Source of the DNA: Candidatus Omnitrophota bacterium
GTDB lineage: Bacteria; Omnitrophota; Gorgyraeia; JAZDFF01
Length of the DNA: 64,000 bases
Assembly: GCA_043808095.1 (NCBI GenBank)
Contig: JAZDFF010000015.1
Location: 2,015-66,014, forward strand
Direction: 5' to 3'
A model generated the notes under the pieces. The model made no database searches. It saw only the letters and a list, made by a program, of their open reading frames with translations, and was not told the DNA's origin. Position 1 is the first letter of the stretch; every line of letters begins with the position of its first letter. The position numbers and the translations under genes are program-made. Shown here in pieces: positions 26,247-37,308 of this stretch.

Positions 26247-27381
26247 ACAGGTTTTTAAATTTACTTAACATTAAATCGGATGAAAAGTTTTCAAGAACCC
26301 ATTTTTTTGCTTCCTTTGCCATATCATTATATAATTCTCTATCTTTTAATAACCCGATTATCGCTTCGGCTAAGGCATAACTATCTTTTGGCGGCACTAA
26401 AATTCCTGTAATTTTATCTAAAACGACTTCTGGAATACCTCCTACCTTAGTAGCTACAACCGGCTTTCCTAAAATTCCTGCCTCAAGTAATACTAAGCCA
26501 AAACCCTCATTTAAAGATGGTAATGCAATTAAATCAGAAATAGAGATTATTTCTATGACATCCTCTCTTTCACCTAAAAAGTTAACTACATTAAAAATAT
26601 TTAATTTTCTGGCTGCATTCTCTAACTCTTTTTTTAACGACCCATCTCCCACAATTAATGCTTTAGCTTGCGGGAATTGTCTTATTATTTCTTTCATTGC
26701 TTCCCAAAAATAAATATGGCCTTTTACCGGCTCCAGTCGCCCTACCATAGTGACTAAATAATCTTCTTCCAAAAAATGTAGTTCTTCCCTCTTAGCTGAT
26801 TTATCTACTTTAATATTAAGGTTTTTATCCAATTCTATGCCATTATGGATGCTGATAAACTTATTATCTTTTGCTATACCGAATTTTATATGTTCGTTCT
26901 TGCCGATTTCTGTAAGGGTGACTATTTTATCTGTTATGTAAGCTGTCAACTTCTCCAAAAAGATAAAGAGATCCGTTTTTAATCTGCCGAAGTATCCGTA
27001 GAAAATATGTCCGTGCGGCATATGAACGACTATATGAACGCCGGCCAATCTTGCTGCCCATCGGCCAAGGATGCCTGCCTTTGAGGTGTGGGTATGCACA
27101 ATTTGAGGTCTTTCTTTTTTTAAAACAGAATATAATCTAAAAAAACTAATCAAATCCAAAAAAGGATTAGGATTGCGTCTAAGTTGATTTATAAAAATAA
27201 TCTGGATGCCTGTCTGACTTGAAAATCTATCCAAATCTTCTTGGGGATCTTTAGTAAGACCGCTGATAATCTTTACAAGGTAATCTTGCCTATTCAAGAA
27301 TTTAGCCAGCTCTAAAACAATCTTAGAAGATCCGCCTTTATCCAGGCGGGTGATAATCTGAATTATATTTATTTTTTCCAT
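26218..27381 (-). CDS. GT4 glycosyltransferase
   Basis: HTHTSKAG, GRLEPVKG, EGFGLVLLEA. Confidence 0.92.
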   Translation of the reverse strand: MEKINIIQIITRLDKGGSSKIVLELAKFLNRQDYLVKIISGLTKDPQEDLDRFSSQTGIQIIFINQLRRNPNPFLDLISFFRLYSVLKKERPQIVHTHTSKAGILGRWAARLAGVHIVVHMPHGHIFYGYFGRLKTDLFIFLEKLTAYITDKIVTLTEIGKNEHIKFGIAKDNKFISIHNGIELDKNLNIKVDKSAKREELHFLEEDYLVTMVGRLEPVKGHIYFWEAMKEIIRQFPQAKALIVGDGSLKKELENAARKLNIFNVVNFLGEREDVIEIISISDLIALPSLNEGFGLVLLEAGILGKPVVATKVGGIPEVVLDKITGILVPPKDSYALAEAIIGLLKDRELYNDMAKEAKKWVLENFSSDLMLSKFKNLYDDLLSQER

Positions 27382-27392
27382 TTGACACAAAT

Positions 27393-28568
27393 CTACCTTG
27401 CTATAAAGTGATGCTTAAATAAGAATTCTTCAATGAGCCCTGCTAATGCCTTGTTGCCTTCCGGATTCAGATGTCTATCTATAGTAAAATATAGCCTCTT
27501 ATCTCTGAACTTTAGAGAGGTAAATTCCTCCAGAAGATTTATACAGGGTATTCTTTCTGATTCTAATTCTTTAGTTAACCAAAATATTGGTTCATATGTT
27601 CTATCTTTATAGTCAATAAAATTTTTCTTGATGGCTGTATCCACATGATATGTGTCCGGAATGAGAATAACAATGAAGTCTGAGTTATTGCTTTTGGCTT
27701 CTGTCTGAAATTTTTTGAGGATTTTTACCGTTATAAAAACATCTTCTTTAGTAGTTTTATGCATTCGTTGCTCAACTATAAATGCCCCACCCATTTTCCT
27801 CAAAAATGGTATAAATTGAGGGAAATTACTTAATCGTTCAAACAATAAATTCGATAATGCTGAGTGTGTCTGGATAATAAATCTTATATCATTAAGAAAA
27901 CCCCTTCGTCTTCCAAAATGTTCAAATTCCTCTTCAGTAAGAAGTGAGAATTCCCTTGGCTGAAAGTACAGTTCATCATTCTTCAATATGAAGTACGGTC
28001 CGTTTATATTATTTATATCTTCATCTGTGAGGTCAGGATATATATCATCTCCAATATAAAATAACAGAATGATTATATCAGGGGCATATTTAATGCCTTC
28101 GGTTTTATACATAAGGTATTCTTTAAGCAAATCGTAACCCGATACACTCAAATTAACCACTTCTAAAATTTTATCATGCTTGGATTGCAGTATAGATGAA
28201 TACATCTTGAGGTTGTCTACGCCAAATCCCCAACCAAAAGAATCCCCTAAAAATAGTATTCTCTTTTTGTTATTAGTTCTTTGGTAGGGAATTTCTTTAC
28301 CGCGAAAACCTTTGGAATTTGTCTGCCAGCGCATCTTGAATTCTCCCTGCCATTTCTGGAGTATTAGATCTAAGTTTGGTTTCGGCCGAAGTTTAAACGT
28401 CTTATCCTGATTAAAGAACCTCGCGAGATCATCATTATAGTAACCCCTCTTTACCCCTTCCCAGAGAGGGGATAACTTAAATATTCTAACAACCTCCTCC
28501 GCAAGAAGTATTGCAAATATAATACCCAAAAATGACAAGGAAAGATTAATGATTATTTTTTTCATCAT
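27393..28568 (-). CDS. SGNH/GDSL hydrolase-like protein (possible O-acyl transferase/esterase)
   Basis: N-terminal TM, NSKGFRG, LGDSFGWG, DRHLNPEG. Confidence 0.82.
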   Translation of the reverse strand: MMKKIIINLSLSFLGIIFAILLAEEVVRIFKLSPLWEGVKRGYYNDDLARFFNQDKTFKLRPKPNLDLILQKWQGEFKMRWQTNSKGFRGKEIPYQRTNNKKRILFLGDSFGWGFGVDNLKMYSSILQSKHDKILEVVNLSVSGYDLLKEYLMYKTEGIKYAPDIIILLFYIGDDIYPDLTDEDINNINGPYFILKNDELYFQPREFSLLTEEEFEHFGRRRGFLNDIRFIIQTHSALSNLLFERLSNFPQFIPFLRKMGGAFIVEQRMHKTTKEDVFITVKILKKFQTEAKSNNSDFIVILIPDTYHVDTAIKKNFIDYKDRTYEPIFWLTKELESERIPCINLLEEFTSLKFRDKRLYFTIDRHLNPEGNKALAGLIEEFLFKHHFIAR

Positions 28569-28785
28569 AACTCCTTATAAAATTATTTAATCTTAAGATA
28601 AAAATCCTCACCATAAATTGCTACAGAGGACTAAAGTAATTTCTACATGAAAATAGTAAATACCCGAACTTTACGATAGAGTTAATTATTGAATTTAATA
28701 AGACTAAATACAGACAACGAAAAAAATTGATATGTTAAAGAACGGGTTAAAATTTAATTTTTAGCAATACTTTTTAAGGATGTCG

Positions 28786-30333
28786 TTAAAAATAACTAAC
28801 TTTTATTAAAACGAAGTTGTTATCGGAATATACGACATTTCCAAAGCGTTTAAATAAATCTATTTTAGTTCGCAAAATTTGACTTCTCTTTATATTTAAT
28901 AGCAAAAACCCAACTTTATATTTTCTAATTATATTTAATTGAGTATTGTAATAGGCATTATCTTTAAAGAAACGTTCCAAGTCTTCTATTCGTTCCTCGG
29001 CATCATTAACACCATAAAGCGTGGGTGGAGCTGCGACTACCTTGCCTCCAAAGACAGGTATTAATGCGCTAGTTTCTATATCTGATAATATTACGTCGTA
29101 TTGTTTAGTATACTTGGAAAGGAATAAATATGTTCCATAATCATTTTGACCTCCCAAAAAACAACGAATAAGTACTGGTAAAACTCTAATAACACAAATC
29201 AAAATTAAGATAATCATACCTCGATATGCTAATAATGAGACAGAATTACCTAACGTCAATTCAGATTCTATCCTGACAAACCAAACTGCAATAACTATAT
29301 CTAACATTAGCACAATGTAAAAAATTACACGTCCATAACTCCAATTTCGTGATATAGCACCATAAAAATAAATAAGGCATAGTCCGAAAAACATCAACGC
29401 TAAGGGATCCCGCCAATTTAACCTAATTCTAAGCATGAGCAACGGAAGACCGATGATAACAGGGAATATGCGCGTAAATGCACCGCTATAGAATGTATAA
29501 CTGTGCTCGAGAAATGTAGACGGCTGCGATAAGATGACATTCTGCCAAAAAGGATAACATGGCCAAGCAGCGGCGAACAAGAAAGACAGGAAAAAGACAC
29601 CCATAAGTAATGCGTAATTACGCCATCGACGAATTCCGCCTAAACTTATAGATAGCATTATCAAACATATACACATTACAACTGCAGTTGGTGGATGCGT
29701 CAGCAATACTAAAACTATCGCTATAAAAAGAGCAAAAAAACTTAATTGGCTTTTTCCTTTCAGAATCTGAATATAAATAGAAAATGATAAAAACATTAGA
29801 GCCGCTGCAAATGTAGATGGATAAGGTAAAACATAGCCTAAAGTCCATAGATGGAGAAATCCGCTCCAGGTCCATGGATTACGGCCCCATAAAATTAGCA
29901 TAAAAAGTAATGAATAGAATGAAATATTTTCACTATTTTTACCATCAAATAATAAAAAAATAAACAATCTAAACCATATTAAAAAAAGTATCAGATTAAT
30001 TATACCTACAATAGAAAGTGTCGCTATAGGAGTTAAGTTCGTAAGTCGCGAAATCCAAGCAACACCCAAAGCATATGGTGAGTAGAATGTATGTGGTGCA
30101 TCTAACAATACTTGAGGATGCTGAGGAAAAATGGGATGCGTAGCAAGCTCACGGATAACAGCACTGTGGATCCAGAAATCACCCCCCCACTGTCCATTTA
30201 CTGTATGGAAAACCATGAGCACTAAAACAAAAATAGATAAAATTAAATAACGGTATCTAGACAAATCACGCAAATTGTGTATTCTGTCAGTATAATTTTT
30301 GAACATCTCGGAATAAATTAAGTTTTCCTTCAT
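28786..30333 (-). CDS. polytopic membrane protein, possible GT-C glycosyltransferase
   Basis: Many TMs; GDFWIH after TM1, FYSPY, YPST, LLTHPPT. Confidence 0.5.
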   Translation of the reverse strand: MKENLIYSEMFKNYTDRIHNLRDLSRYRYLILSIFVLVLMVFHTVNGQWGGDFWIHSAVIRELATHPIFPQHPQVLLDAPHTFYSPYALGVAWISRLTNLTPIATLSIVGIINLILFLIWFRLFIFLLFDGKNSENISFYSLLFMLILWGRNPWTWSGFLHLWTLGYVLPYPSTFAAALMFLSFSIYIQILKGKSQLSFFALFIAIVLVLLTHPPTAVVMCICLIMLSISLGGIRRWRNYALLMGVFFLSFLFAAAWPCYPFWQNVILSQPSTFLEHSYTFYSGAFTRIFPVIIGLPLLMLRIRLNWRDPLALMFFGLCLIYFYGAISRNWSYGRVIFYIVLMLDIVIAVWFVRIESELTLGNSVSLLAYRGMIILILICVIRVLPVLIRCFLGGQNDYGTYLFLSKYTKQYDVILSDIETSALIPVFGGKVVAAPPTLYGVNDAEERIEDLERFFKDNAYYNTQLNIIRKYKVGFLLLNIKRSQILRTKIDLFKRFGNVVYSDNNFVLIKVSYF

Positions 30334-30356
30334 TCTTTAAGTTAATAATTTATTAA

Positions 30357-31511
30357 TTAAAACCTATATAGTTCGGTGCACTTCGAACACACAGGAAAAA
30401 CCTTTATTTTTTTAACAATTTTACGAAAATTTCTGTATGTGGCATTATTCCAGATCTGTCGAAAACTTTGTTCTTTCACATTACCACAGGAAAAATCTAA
30501 TTCCTCGCAAGGACGAACTGTTCCATCGGGAAATATATATGCTGTCATCCAAGGACTTAGACAGCGATTTTTATAACTGGAAGGGGTAAATTCAAAATCA
30601 GAATAATACCTCTTAATTTCATCATCACTAAAATTCGGATAGAAAAATACCCCAATAGGAAATTTTGATTTATCTATCCTTTTTATCTCTTCAATAAAAT
30701 ATTCTATGTCTATATTGGGCAGTTGGCCCCGCACAAATCCTGACCAGTCAGAAGATTTTATGTTAAAGTATTCCTTAAATATTTGGTTGTGCCTAGCTAA
30801 AATATCATTGTTAATAAAACAAAGGTGATGAAATGTTATGGAATCTGCTCCAATAGATGCTGCTATCTCTATAATCTCGTTAAGAAGCCTAAAATTATCT
30901 TCCGAGATAGTACAAGCTATATTTATGCGAGGCGATTTTATTGACCGCCTTTTCTTTTCTACATTAATCTGCCTCAAGCCCTCAATTGCCATGTCGAATG
31001 AACCGCTTACCTGGGTTATTTCATCATGGATATGCCGAGGTCCCTCTAAGGAAAAGATAATTTCATCAAGTCCCGAATTAATAACTTCAAGGGCTTTATC
31101 TTTTAGGATTGTGCCGTTGGTCACGACATTGCAACGTAGCCATTTTCCCTTGATATAACTAACCAAATCCGGCCAATGCCTATACAAAAGCGGCTCTCCT
31201 CCGAATAAAGTTATATTTGGCTTAAAGGCAGAAACCTCGGCTATAAGCTTCTCTAGTTCTGCCATACTTAATTCTTCTCTAAGAAATTCGGGGGATTCCT
31301 GCTTCATAGACCCGCACTTACCCCAATAGCCGCACATCCTACATCTTAGGTTACAATTATAAGTTAAAAATAAAGATAAGGTCTCGGGGTAGTTACTATA
31401 GCCATTAAAAAAATGATAACTGAGCTGAGAAAAAATTCTTTTTTTAAAAACGCTTATGGCATAAGCTGGCTCTTTCAATGATTTTTTTATAGTTCTTTTG
31501 GAAATAATCAT
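30357..31511 (-). CDS. radical SAM protein with SPASM/twitch domain
   Basis: CNLRCRMC, GGEPL, CLSPW..IFPDGTVRPC...CSKC. Confidence 0.92.
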   Translation of the reverse strand: MIISKRTIKKSLKEPAYAISVFKKRIFSQLSYHFFNGYSNYPETLSLFLTYNCNLRCRMCGYWGKCGSMKQESPEFLREELSMAELEKLIAEVSAFKPNITLFGGEPLLYRHWPDLVSYIKGKWLRCNVVTNGTILKDKALEVINSGLDEIIFSLEGPRHIHDEITQVSGSFDMAIEGLRQINVEKKRRSIKSPRINIACTISEDNFRLLNEIIEIAASIGADSITFHHLCFINNDILARHNQIFKEYFNIKSSDWSGFVRGQLPNIDIEYFIEEIKRIDKSKFPIGVFFYPNFSDDEIKRYYSDFEFTPSSYKNRCLSPWMTAYIFPDGTVRPCEELDFSCGNVKEQSFRQIWNNATYRNFRKIVKKIKVFPVCSKCTELYRF

Positions 31512-32692
31512 AGGGTTCTAAAGATACCAATGATCCTGTCTAGGGTGTCTAGACTTACTAAGGGATGAGCAGGCAAAAGCAAAAGTCTATGCGCCAAATA
31601 AGTGGCGTTAGGGAAAGGATCGGGAACAAGGCTATATCCTAAATTATGAATATGGTGTATGGGCTCTCGATATAAGGTAGTCGCTTCGATACCTACCCGT
31701 AGCAATTTATTTAGTATATTATCCCTCAAGTTACTGTCTCTGAATAACACTGGAAATTGATTATAAACTGGCAAACTGCCCGGAGGAAGTTGCGGCAGAA
31801 TTATCGCATCAATATCTTTTAGTACCTCATATAATCTTGAGCCGATATTATGTCGCTTTTCAACGATTAAATTCAGTCTCTTGAGCAAAGATAACCCCAC
31901 AGCTGCCTGAAAATCGGTGTAGCGCTTAACTTCAAAACTACTGTGAAGTGCCGTATCTTTAAACTTAGCTATTAGAGGATAGCATAAAGTATAAACCAAA
32001 GGCCTAACTGCTAAAGCCAGGGCTATAGTTTTAATTGGCATAAAAGCAATGTCTAAATTATTGGGCCTCCTTACCACTCCTGCTTCTTGCTCTATTGCTC
32101 GAGCAATATCCTGTGCATCCGTAGTTATGCAGCCTCCCGAAAACGTGCTCATATTCTTGCCGCGATTAAAACTAAAAATACTCACATCTCCTATGGAACC
32201 CACCTTTTTGCCAGAGAGCATCGCACCTAAGGCTGAGGCGCTATCTTCAAATACGAATATTCCTTTTTTTCTACCAATCTCCGTAATCTTATCCATCTGG
32301 CAGGGAATGCCGAACATATGCACAGGTACGATACAGAGAGTTTTATCAGTAATAACTTCGTATAATTTATCTATATCCAGATTAAACGTTGAACCAGATA
32401 TGTCACAAAGAATGGGCTTCAGGCCTGCCTGCCAAATAGGTAGAACCAAATGAGGAGCTGTATAAGCCGGCAGAATCACCTCTTCCTTTTCAGAGAGGCG
32501 CCTTAATGCTTTAAGTACGATATAGAAAGCAGCGGTTCCTGAACTAAAGGCAAAACAGTATTTTGTCCCAAAAATATTACAGATTTCCTGTTCAAACTGG
32601 GCAATATAGGATTTCTTTAAAAAAAATGAGCCAAACCCTATTTGTATATCCGTCCAACTAATCGGTGTTCCGGCCGAAGGTACTCTCATCAT
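31508..32692 (-). CDS. DegT-family PLP aminotransferase
   Basis: SSGTAA, HMFGIP, FEDSASALG, SFNRGKNMSTFSGG. Confidence 0.85.
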   Translation of the reverse strand: MMRVPSAGTPISWTDIQIGFGSFFLKKSYIAQFEQEICNIFGTKYCFAFSSGTAAFYIVLKALRRLSEKEEVILPAYTAPHLVLPIWQAGLKPILCDISGSTFNLDIDKLYEVITDKTLCIVPVHMFGIPCQMDKITEIGRKKGIFVFEDSASALGAMLSGKKVGSIGDVSIFSFNRGKNMSTFSGGCITTDAQDIARAIEQEAGVVRRPNNLDIAFMPIKTIALALAVRPLVYTLCYPLIAKFKDTALHSSFEVKRYTDFQAAVGLSLLKRLNLIVEKRHNIGSRLYEVLKDIDAIILPQLPPGSLPVYNQFPVLFRDSNLRDNILNKLLRVGIEATTLYREPIHHIHNLGYSLVPDPFPNATYLAHRLLLLPAHPLVSLDTLDRIIGIFRTL

Positions 32693-33354
32693 TCTTTAAC
32701 TACCTCAAAAAGGACAACCGGGGCAAGCCACTTCAAAGGGAACCCAATAGGTATCTTTCTGGCAACACGAAGGCTTAACTTCTTCAAAATCTCATCTATC
32801 TCTTTAAGCCGATATGTCTTCAAAGGCCAAGGACAAGAGGGATTATAATACTTTACCCATTTATATCCAAAGTAAAGCAGGGGATTGCATTTGTTGCGCA
32901 CATCAAAGATGATACTACCTTTCTGATTACACAAACGGACCATTTCTTTAATAATATCAACCATTTCTTTTTCGGAAGAAAGATTATAAAGCATATTAAT
33001 ACATATAACTATATCAAAATAATTATCTCTAAAAGGAGTAATTTTAGCCTCTGAACGAATTATTTTTATATTCTCCGGATTCCTGTTTTTAATATCTTTA
33101 GCCAATTCTTTCAGAACCATATTATCATAGTCTATTCCTATGAGTTGCGAATGAAAGATTTTGGGTCCCAAGGCTGTAAGAAATAGCCCTTCTCCACATC
33201 CAATTTCAAGCAAAAATCCTCTCTTATCTTCACATATTGTTAAAGCTGCCTGTCTCACTCTAGAAGGAAAATATCCCGATGAAGGCGTAACCTTTTTTTT
33301 GTTCCCTAAGATGAAATTACGAAACCAGATATATAACTTTTCTAAAAAATTCAT
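32689..33354 (-). CDS. class I SAM methyltransferase
   Basis: LLEIGCGEG, PFRDNYFD. Confidence 0.88.
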   Translation of the reverse strand: MNFLEKLYIWFRNFILGNKKKVTPSSGYFPSRVRQAALTICEDKRGFLLEIGCGEGLFLTALGPKIFHSQLIGIDYDNMVLKELAKDIKNRNPENIKIIRSEAKITPFRDNYFDIVICINMLYNLSSEKEMVDIIKEMVRLCNQKGSIIFDVRNKCNPLLYFGYKWVKYYNPSCPWPLKTYRLKEIDEILKKLSLRVARKIPIGFPLKWLAPVVLFEVVKE

Positions 33355-33363
33355 TGTTTGGTA

Positions 33364-34209
33364 TTATTTCTTTAATACAACAATAAATTCATCAAACCAT
33401 TCCTGGGGAATGATCCTGGAGAACATCTTATTATCTAATATATTTAATATACTAATTATTTTATTTATAAATAAATGGATAAGCTTATTGGTTGTTCTTT
33501 GTGCAATCGGATCTGTAAGCCAGTAAAATATTCGAGAACTAAAACCTGAAAATCTTTCAATTCTTACAGAGCTGAATCCTGCGTCATGACATTTTTCTTC
33601 CATCTCTCTAAAACCAAAGGTGCGGATATCAATTAATTTTTCTGATTCAGACTTTGAAAGTCTCTTATATAAGAGAAATACGGACCAGGTTATCCATCTT
33701 AAGATAGCTATAATCTTATTAGCTTTTAAACTTGGCTCAATAATTAGACAAAAGCCACCTATTTTTAATGACCTATAGCAATCACAAATACATTTTTCAT
33801 AGTTTGGCAGATGATGTAAAATGCCATGAACAATTATAAAGCCAAAGCTATTATCTTTATAGGGTAAATTTTCGGCATCACCTTTCACAAACCTCATATT
33901 TATTCCCAATCGTATGGCATTTTCTCTGCATTTTTCCAACATCCCTAAAGATATGTCTATTCCATACGGTTCTTTTATATCTCTATTTAAAACTAAATTA
34001 AGAACGACGCTGCCGGTACCACAACCAACTGATAAGAATCTCTGATTGTTTTGGTATTTATTTGTAAATAGAGAGCCGATCTTTGATAACTCCGATTTAA
34101 ATACATCTGTACTAAAGGTAACCCTGCGCAACCTATCATACTTACTGCACATTTCATCGAAGATGACTATATTTGCTTTCTTAACTTTATCAGCATCAAA
34201 TTTTTTCAT
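33364..34209 (-). CDS. class I SAM methyltransferase
   Basis: LSVGCGTG, GDAENLPY, GILHHL. Confidence 0.88.
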   Translation of the reverse strand: MKKFDADKVKKANIVIFDEMCSKYDRLRRVTFSTDVFKSELSKIGSLFTNKYQNNQRFLSVGCGTGSVVLNLVLNRDIKEPYGIDISLGMLEKCRENAIRLGINMRFVKGDAENLPYKDNSFGFIIVHGILHHLPNYEKCICDCYRSLKIGGFCLIIEPSLKANKIIAILRWITWSVFLLYKRLSKSESEKLIDIRTFGFREMEEKCHDAGFSSVRIERFSGFSSRIFYWLTDPIAQRTTNKLIHLFINKIISILNILDNKMFSRIIPQEWFDEFIVVLKK

Positions 34210-35354
34210 AAACATAGTAATTGTCTAAATTGATCAGCAACCCTTTGCCATGAAAAGTATCTTTCTACCCTATCCCTTCCATTTTTACCTAATCGCTGGG
34301 CATAATCGGTATCTGTAAAAAGCCCTATTATTGCATTGGCTATTTCATCGCAGCTATTAGGATTAACCAGAATTCCAGTTACGCCTTCTATAACCGCATC
34401 TCCCACTCCACCTGACCTACCTCCTATAACGGGTTTACCGCAGGCACTTGCTTCAATAAAAGAAATTCCAAAACCTTCGACTATCTCACTGCCACTAGTC
34501 TCCCTATTAGGCATAACATAAATATCGCATGCATTATAGAATGATTTAACCTCCCGATGGTCTATTTCGCCAATGAAGATTACATAATCCTCGAGATTAT
34601 ATTGTCTAACCAAACAATTTAGACTATCCTTCAAAGGGCCGTCACCAACAATAAGATAGACGACGTTAGGAATCTCAGATTTAACTTTGGCAAGACTTCT
34701 GATAACCATGTCCTGGCCCTTTCTTTCTACTAATCTTGCCACTGTCAATAAAACTTTCTTGCCCATAAGATTATACCTTTCCTTGATCTTGGTAGAATCT
34801 GATTGAGGATTGAAGGTTTCTAAATCTACGCCCGGGGGTATCTTAACAATATTATTTTTTTGATTATTCAAATTCAAATACTCTCGATAAGTATATTCAC
34901 TATCCACTATTATTAATTCGGCATTCCTAACAATCAATTTTAAAATTTTGCTAATCAATAACGAATACTTATATTTTTTTGATTCACCTCCCCAGCCATA
35001 AATAAGGTATCTCAGGCCAAATAATTTCCTAAATACCAGGCCAGAAAAACCGGAAGAGACAGGATGTGCACATATAAGAAGACTTATATTCTCTTTCTTT
35101 ATTAGCCGAAGAGCGTAAAATAAGAAAAAGATGGTCTTTCTAATCTGGGATAAGCGGCTACCTCCTGAGAGAAAGGGCAATCTGTATACCTTGTTTTTTT
35201 GTTCTCTATCAAAATCCCAGGCCCCCTTAACTTGTGGCGCCAGTATGATTATATGTTCTTCTGGTAAATTTCTGCAAATATTATAAAAAAATGTGGATAT
35301 GCCACTAACTATGGGAGGATAGTCACCTGTAATCAATAATATCTTTTTATCCAT
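34206..35354 (-). CDS. GT4 glycosyltransferase (PimB-like)
   Basis: DYPP..SGI, ARLVERKG, EGFGISFIEA. Confidence 0.92.
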   Translation of the reverse strand: MDKKILLITGDYPPIVSGISTFFYNICRNLPEEHIIILAPQVKGAWDFDREQKNKVYRLPFLSGGSRLSQIRKTIFFLFYALRLIKKENISLLICAHPVSSGFSGLVFRKLFGLRYLIYGWGGESKKYKYSLLISKILKLIVRNAELIIVDSEYTYREYLNLNNQKNNIVKIPPGVDLETFNPQSDSTKIKERYNLMGKKVLLTVARLVERKGQDMVIRSLAKVKSEIPNVVYLIVGDGPLKDSLNCLVRQYNLEDYVIFIGEIDHREVKSFYNACDIYVMPNRETSGSEIVEGFGISFIEASACGKPVIGGRSGGVGDAVIEGVTGILVNPNSCDEIANAIIGLFTDTDYAQRLGKNGRDRVERYFSWQRVADQFRQLLCL

Positions 35355-35356
35355 TG

Positions 35357-36481
35357 TTAAACTTCGTTTAAAACCTCTTCCATAACCCCCAATATTCTTG
35401 AGGCAGATTTTTCAACTAAAAATTCTTTAGCCCTATTTAATCCAAGTTCTCTCATTTGAAGTCTGAGCTCACTATCATTAAGTAAATTATTTAATTCCGC
35501 AATTAATTCATCATTATTATTGGGATTTATCTTAATAGCTGCATTTCCGATTAACTCTGGAATAGCGGTTGTATTAGAGGCAATTACAGCTGTCCCACAG
35601 GCCATAGCTTCTAAAACTGGTAAACCAAAACCTTCATAGAATGAGGGTAATGCCAATAGCTCGGCAGCACTGTATAAAGCAGGAAGATCCTGCTCGTCTA
35701 CAAAATTAATAAATAAAACTTTTTGGGTAAGTTTTAATTTCTCAACTAAATTATGAATCTCTTTAAATAGACGGTTCTTATTTGCTACGATTACTAATTG
35801 AGTCTCATTTCTAAGCCTAACCGAAATTCTGGAATAAGCAGTTATTAATCCTTTTACATTTTTGTGCGGCAGGAAATTACCCAAGAAAAGAATATATTTT
35901 TTAATAATTCCGTATTTTTGCTTCATCGCCTCAAGGGCAATTGTATCGGTTATGGGTCTAAATTGCTTCTCTACACCATTTGGGATAACACTTATTTTTT
36001 CTTCAATAACATTAAATGTATTAATAATATCTCTTTTGGAGTAATTAGAAACGGCGATAATCCTATCTGACTTTTTGGTTAATATTTTCCCGAGTGTGGT
36101 AAAAAAAATAAATTTATTAATCTTATCGATACCTTTATAGAAAGGGAACTTAAGGAATAAAAGGTCATGTATAGTAATTACAAACTTGCAAGGACAATAA
36201 ATGGGCGCCTTCAGGTAAGGAGAAAAAAACAGGTCTATTTTCTGCTTCTTTAAAAAACGTGGTAACTGGATTTGGTCCCAGAAAAAGGAAGATTCAGAAG
36301 GAATAAATTCTTTTTTAAGATTTATATTAAATTCGGATATTTCATTTGTATCTGTTACGATTATAAATTCCCAATCCTTTTTAGAAAAGGTAGTGATATG
36401 TCTAAGAAAATTTAGCAGAAATCTTCCTATGCCGGTTATTCTATTGTAACGTAATTCTCGGACATCTACTGCTATCTTCAT
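35357..36481 (-). CDS. GT4 glycosyltransferase (MtfB-like)
   Basis: TGIGRF, TIHDL, PHKN, EGFGLPVLEAMACG. Confidence 0.92.
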   Translation of the reverse strand: MKIAVDVRELRYNRITGIGRFLLNFLRHITTFSKKDWEFIIVTDTNEISEFNINLKKEFIPSESSFFWDQIQLPRFLKKQKIDLFFSPYLKAPIYCPCKFVITIHDLLFLKFPFYKGIDKINKFIFFTTLGKILTKKSDRIIAVSNYSKRDIINTFNVIEEKISVIPNGVEKQFRPITDTIALEAMKQKYGIIKKYILFLGNFLPHKNVKGLITAYSRISVRLRNETQLVIVANKNRLFKEIHNLVEKLKLTQKVLFINFVDEQDLPALYSAAELLALPSFYEGFGLPVLEAMACGTAVIASNTTAIPELIGNAAIKINPNNNDELIAELNNLLNDSELRLQMRELGLNRAKEFLVEKSASRILGVMEEVLNEV

Positions 36482-37308
36482 TTAATTTTTTTAGCATAAA
36501 CCTCAAATGCTATACCAAAATTGACTTTCAAAATCTTATATAAAGCCCAGGCTGAAATATCGAGAATTCGTTCCCATAAAAAAGCTCTTTCTTTGTCTAT
36601 ATCGAATTTTATAGGAATAAGGCCGGCCTTTTCTAACATCTTCTTTAGAGTATCAGTAGAAAAATGATAAAGATGGATTTCTCTATCATTTAAAGATGTA
36701 AAAATTCTTGGTCTCCTTAATTTGACAATCATATAGGCAATTTTATAGATATAATTTTTAACATTTGGCACTGCAATAACCATTATTCCGCTTCGTCTTA
36801 AAATCCTTCTTGCTTCAATTAAATTACCCAAGGGATCTGTGGTATGTTCCAAGACATGCCAGAAAGTAACTACATCAAAAAAATTTTCTGGAAAATTGGC
36901 ATTTTCAAGCTTTCCTTTAAATACCTCTATACAAAATTCATCTTTAGCATAATTTAATGCATATTCAGATACTTCTGTTCCCCAAACTCGCCAGCCGTTA
37001 TTTTTTGCTTCATTTAAAAATTGGCCAGTGCCACACCCTACATCTAATAACCTTCCCGTATTTTTAAAAGGTTGAATCTTTTTTAACCTTCTTTTCCACA
37101 TCTTTCTTCTGACAGAAATCTGTTTTGTCAACCATGGAGTAAAATAACCTTGATCATAATTTGCTGCCAAACTACTCTCTTCAGGCTGCGGATTAATATA
37201 AATTAATCCGCATTTTTTACACTTAACCAATTTATAGGGATCACTATTCTGTAAAATATCAAAATTATTTTCTCCACATAAATTACAATCTACATATTTA
37301 AATTCCAT
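36478..37308 (-). CDS. class I SAM methyltransferase with N-terminal Zn ribbon
   Basis: CNLC...CKKC, LLDVGCGTG, WHVLEH. Confidence 0.9.
   Translation of the reverse strand: MEFKYVDCNLCGENNFDILQNSDPYKLVKCKKCGLIYINPQPEESSLAANYDQGYFTPWLTKQISVRRKMWKRRLKKIQPFKNTGRLLDVGCGTGQFLNEAKNNGWRVWGTEVSEYALNYAKDEFCIEVFKGKLENANFPENFFDVVTFWHVLEHTTDPLGNLIEARRILRRSGIMVIAVPNVKNYIYKIAYMIVKLRRPRIFTSLNDREIHLYHFSTDTLKKMLEKAGLIPIKFDIDKERAFLWERILDISAWALYKILKVNFGIAFEVYAKKIK

Noticed and set aside
28569-28785. AT-rich 217-bp gap as a gene remnant or ncRNA
   Set aside because: The frames I checked gave only short ORFs, and no clear structure was seen
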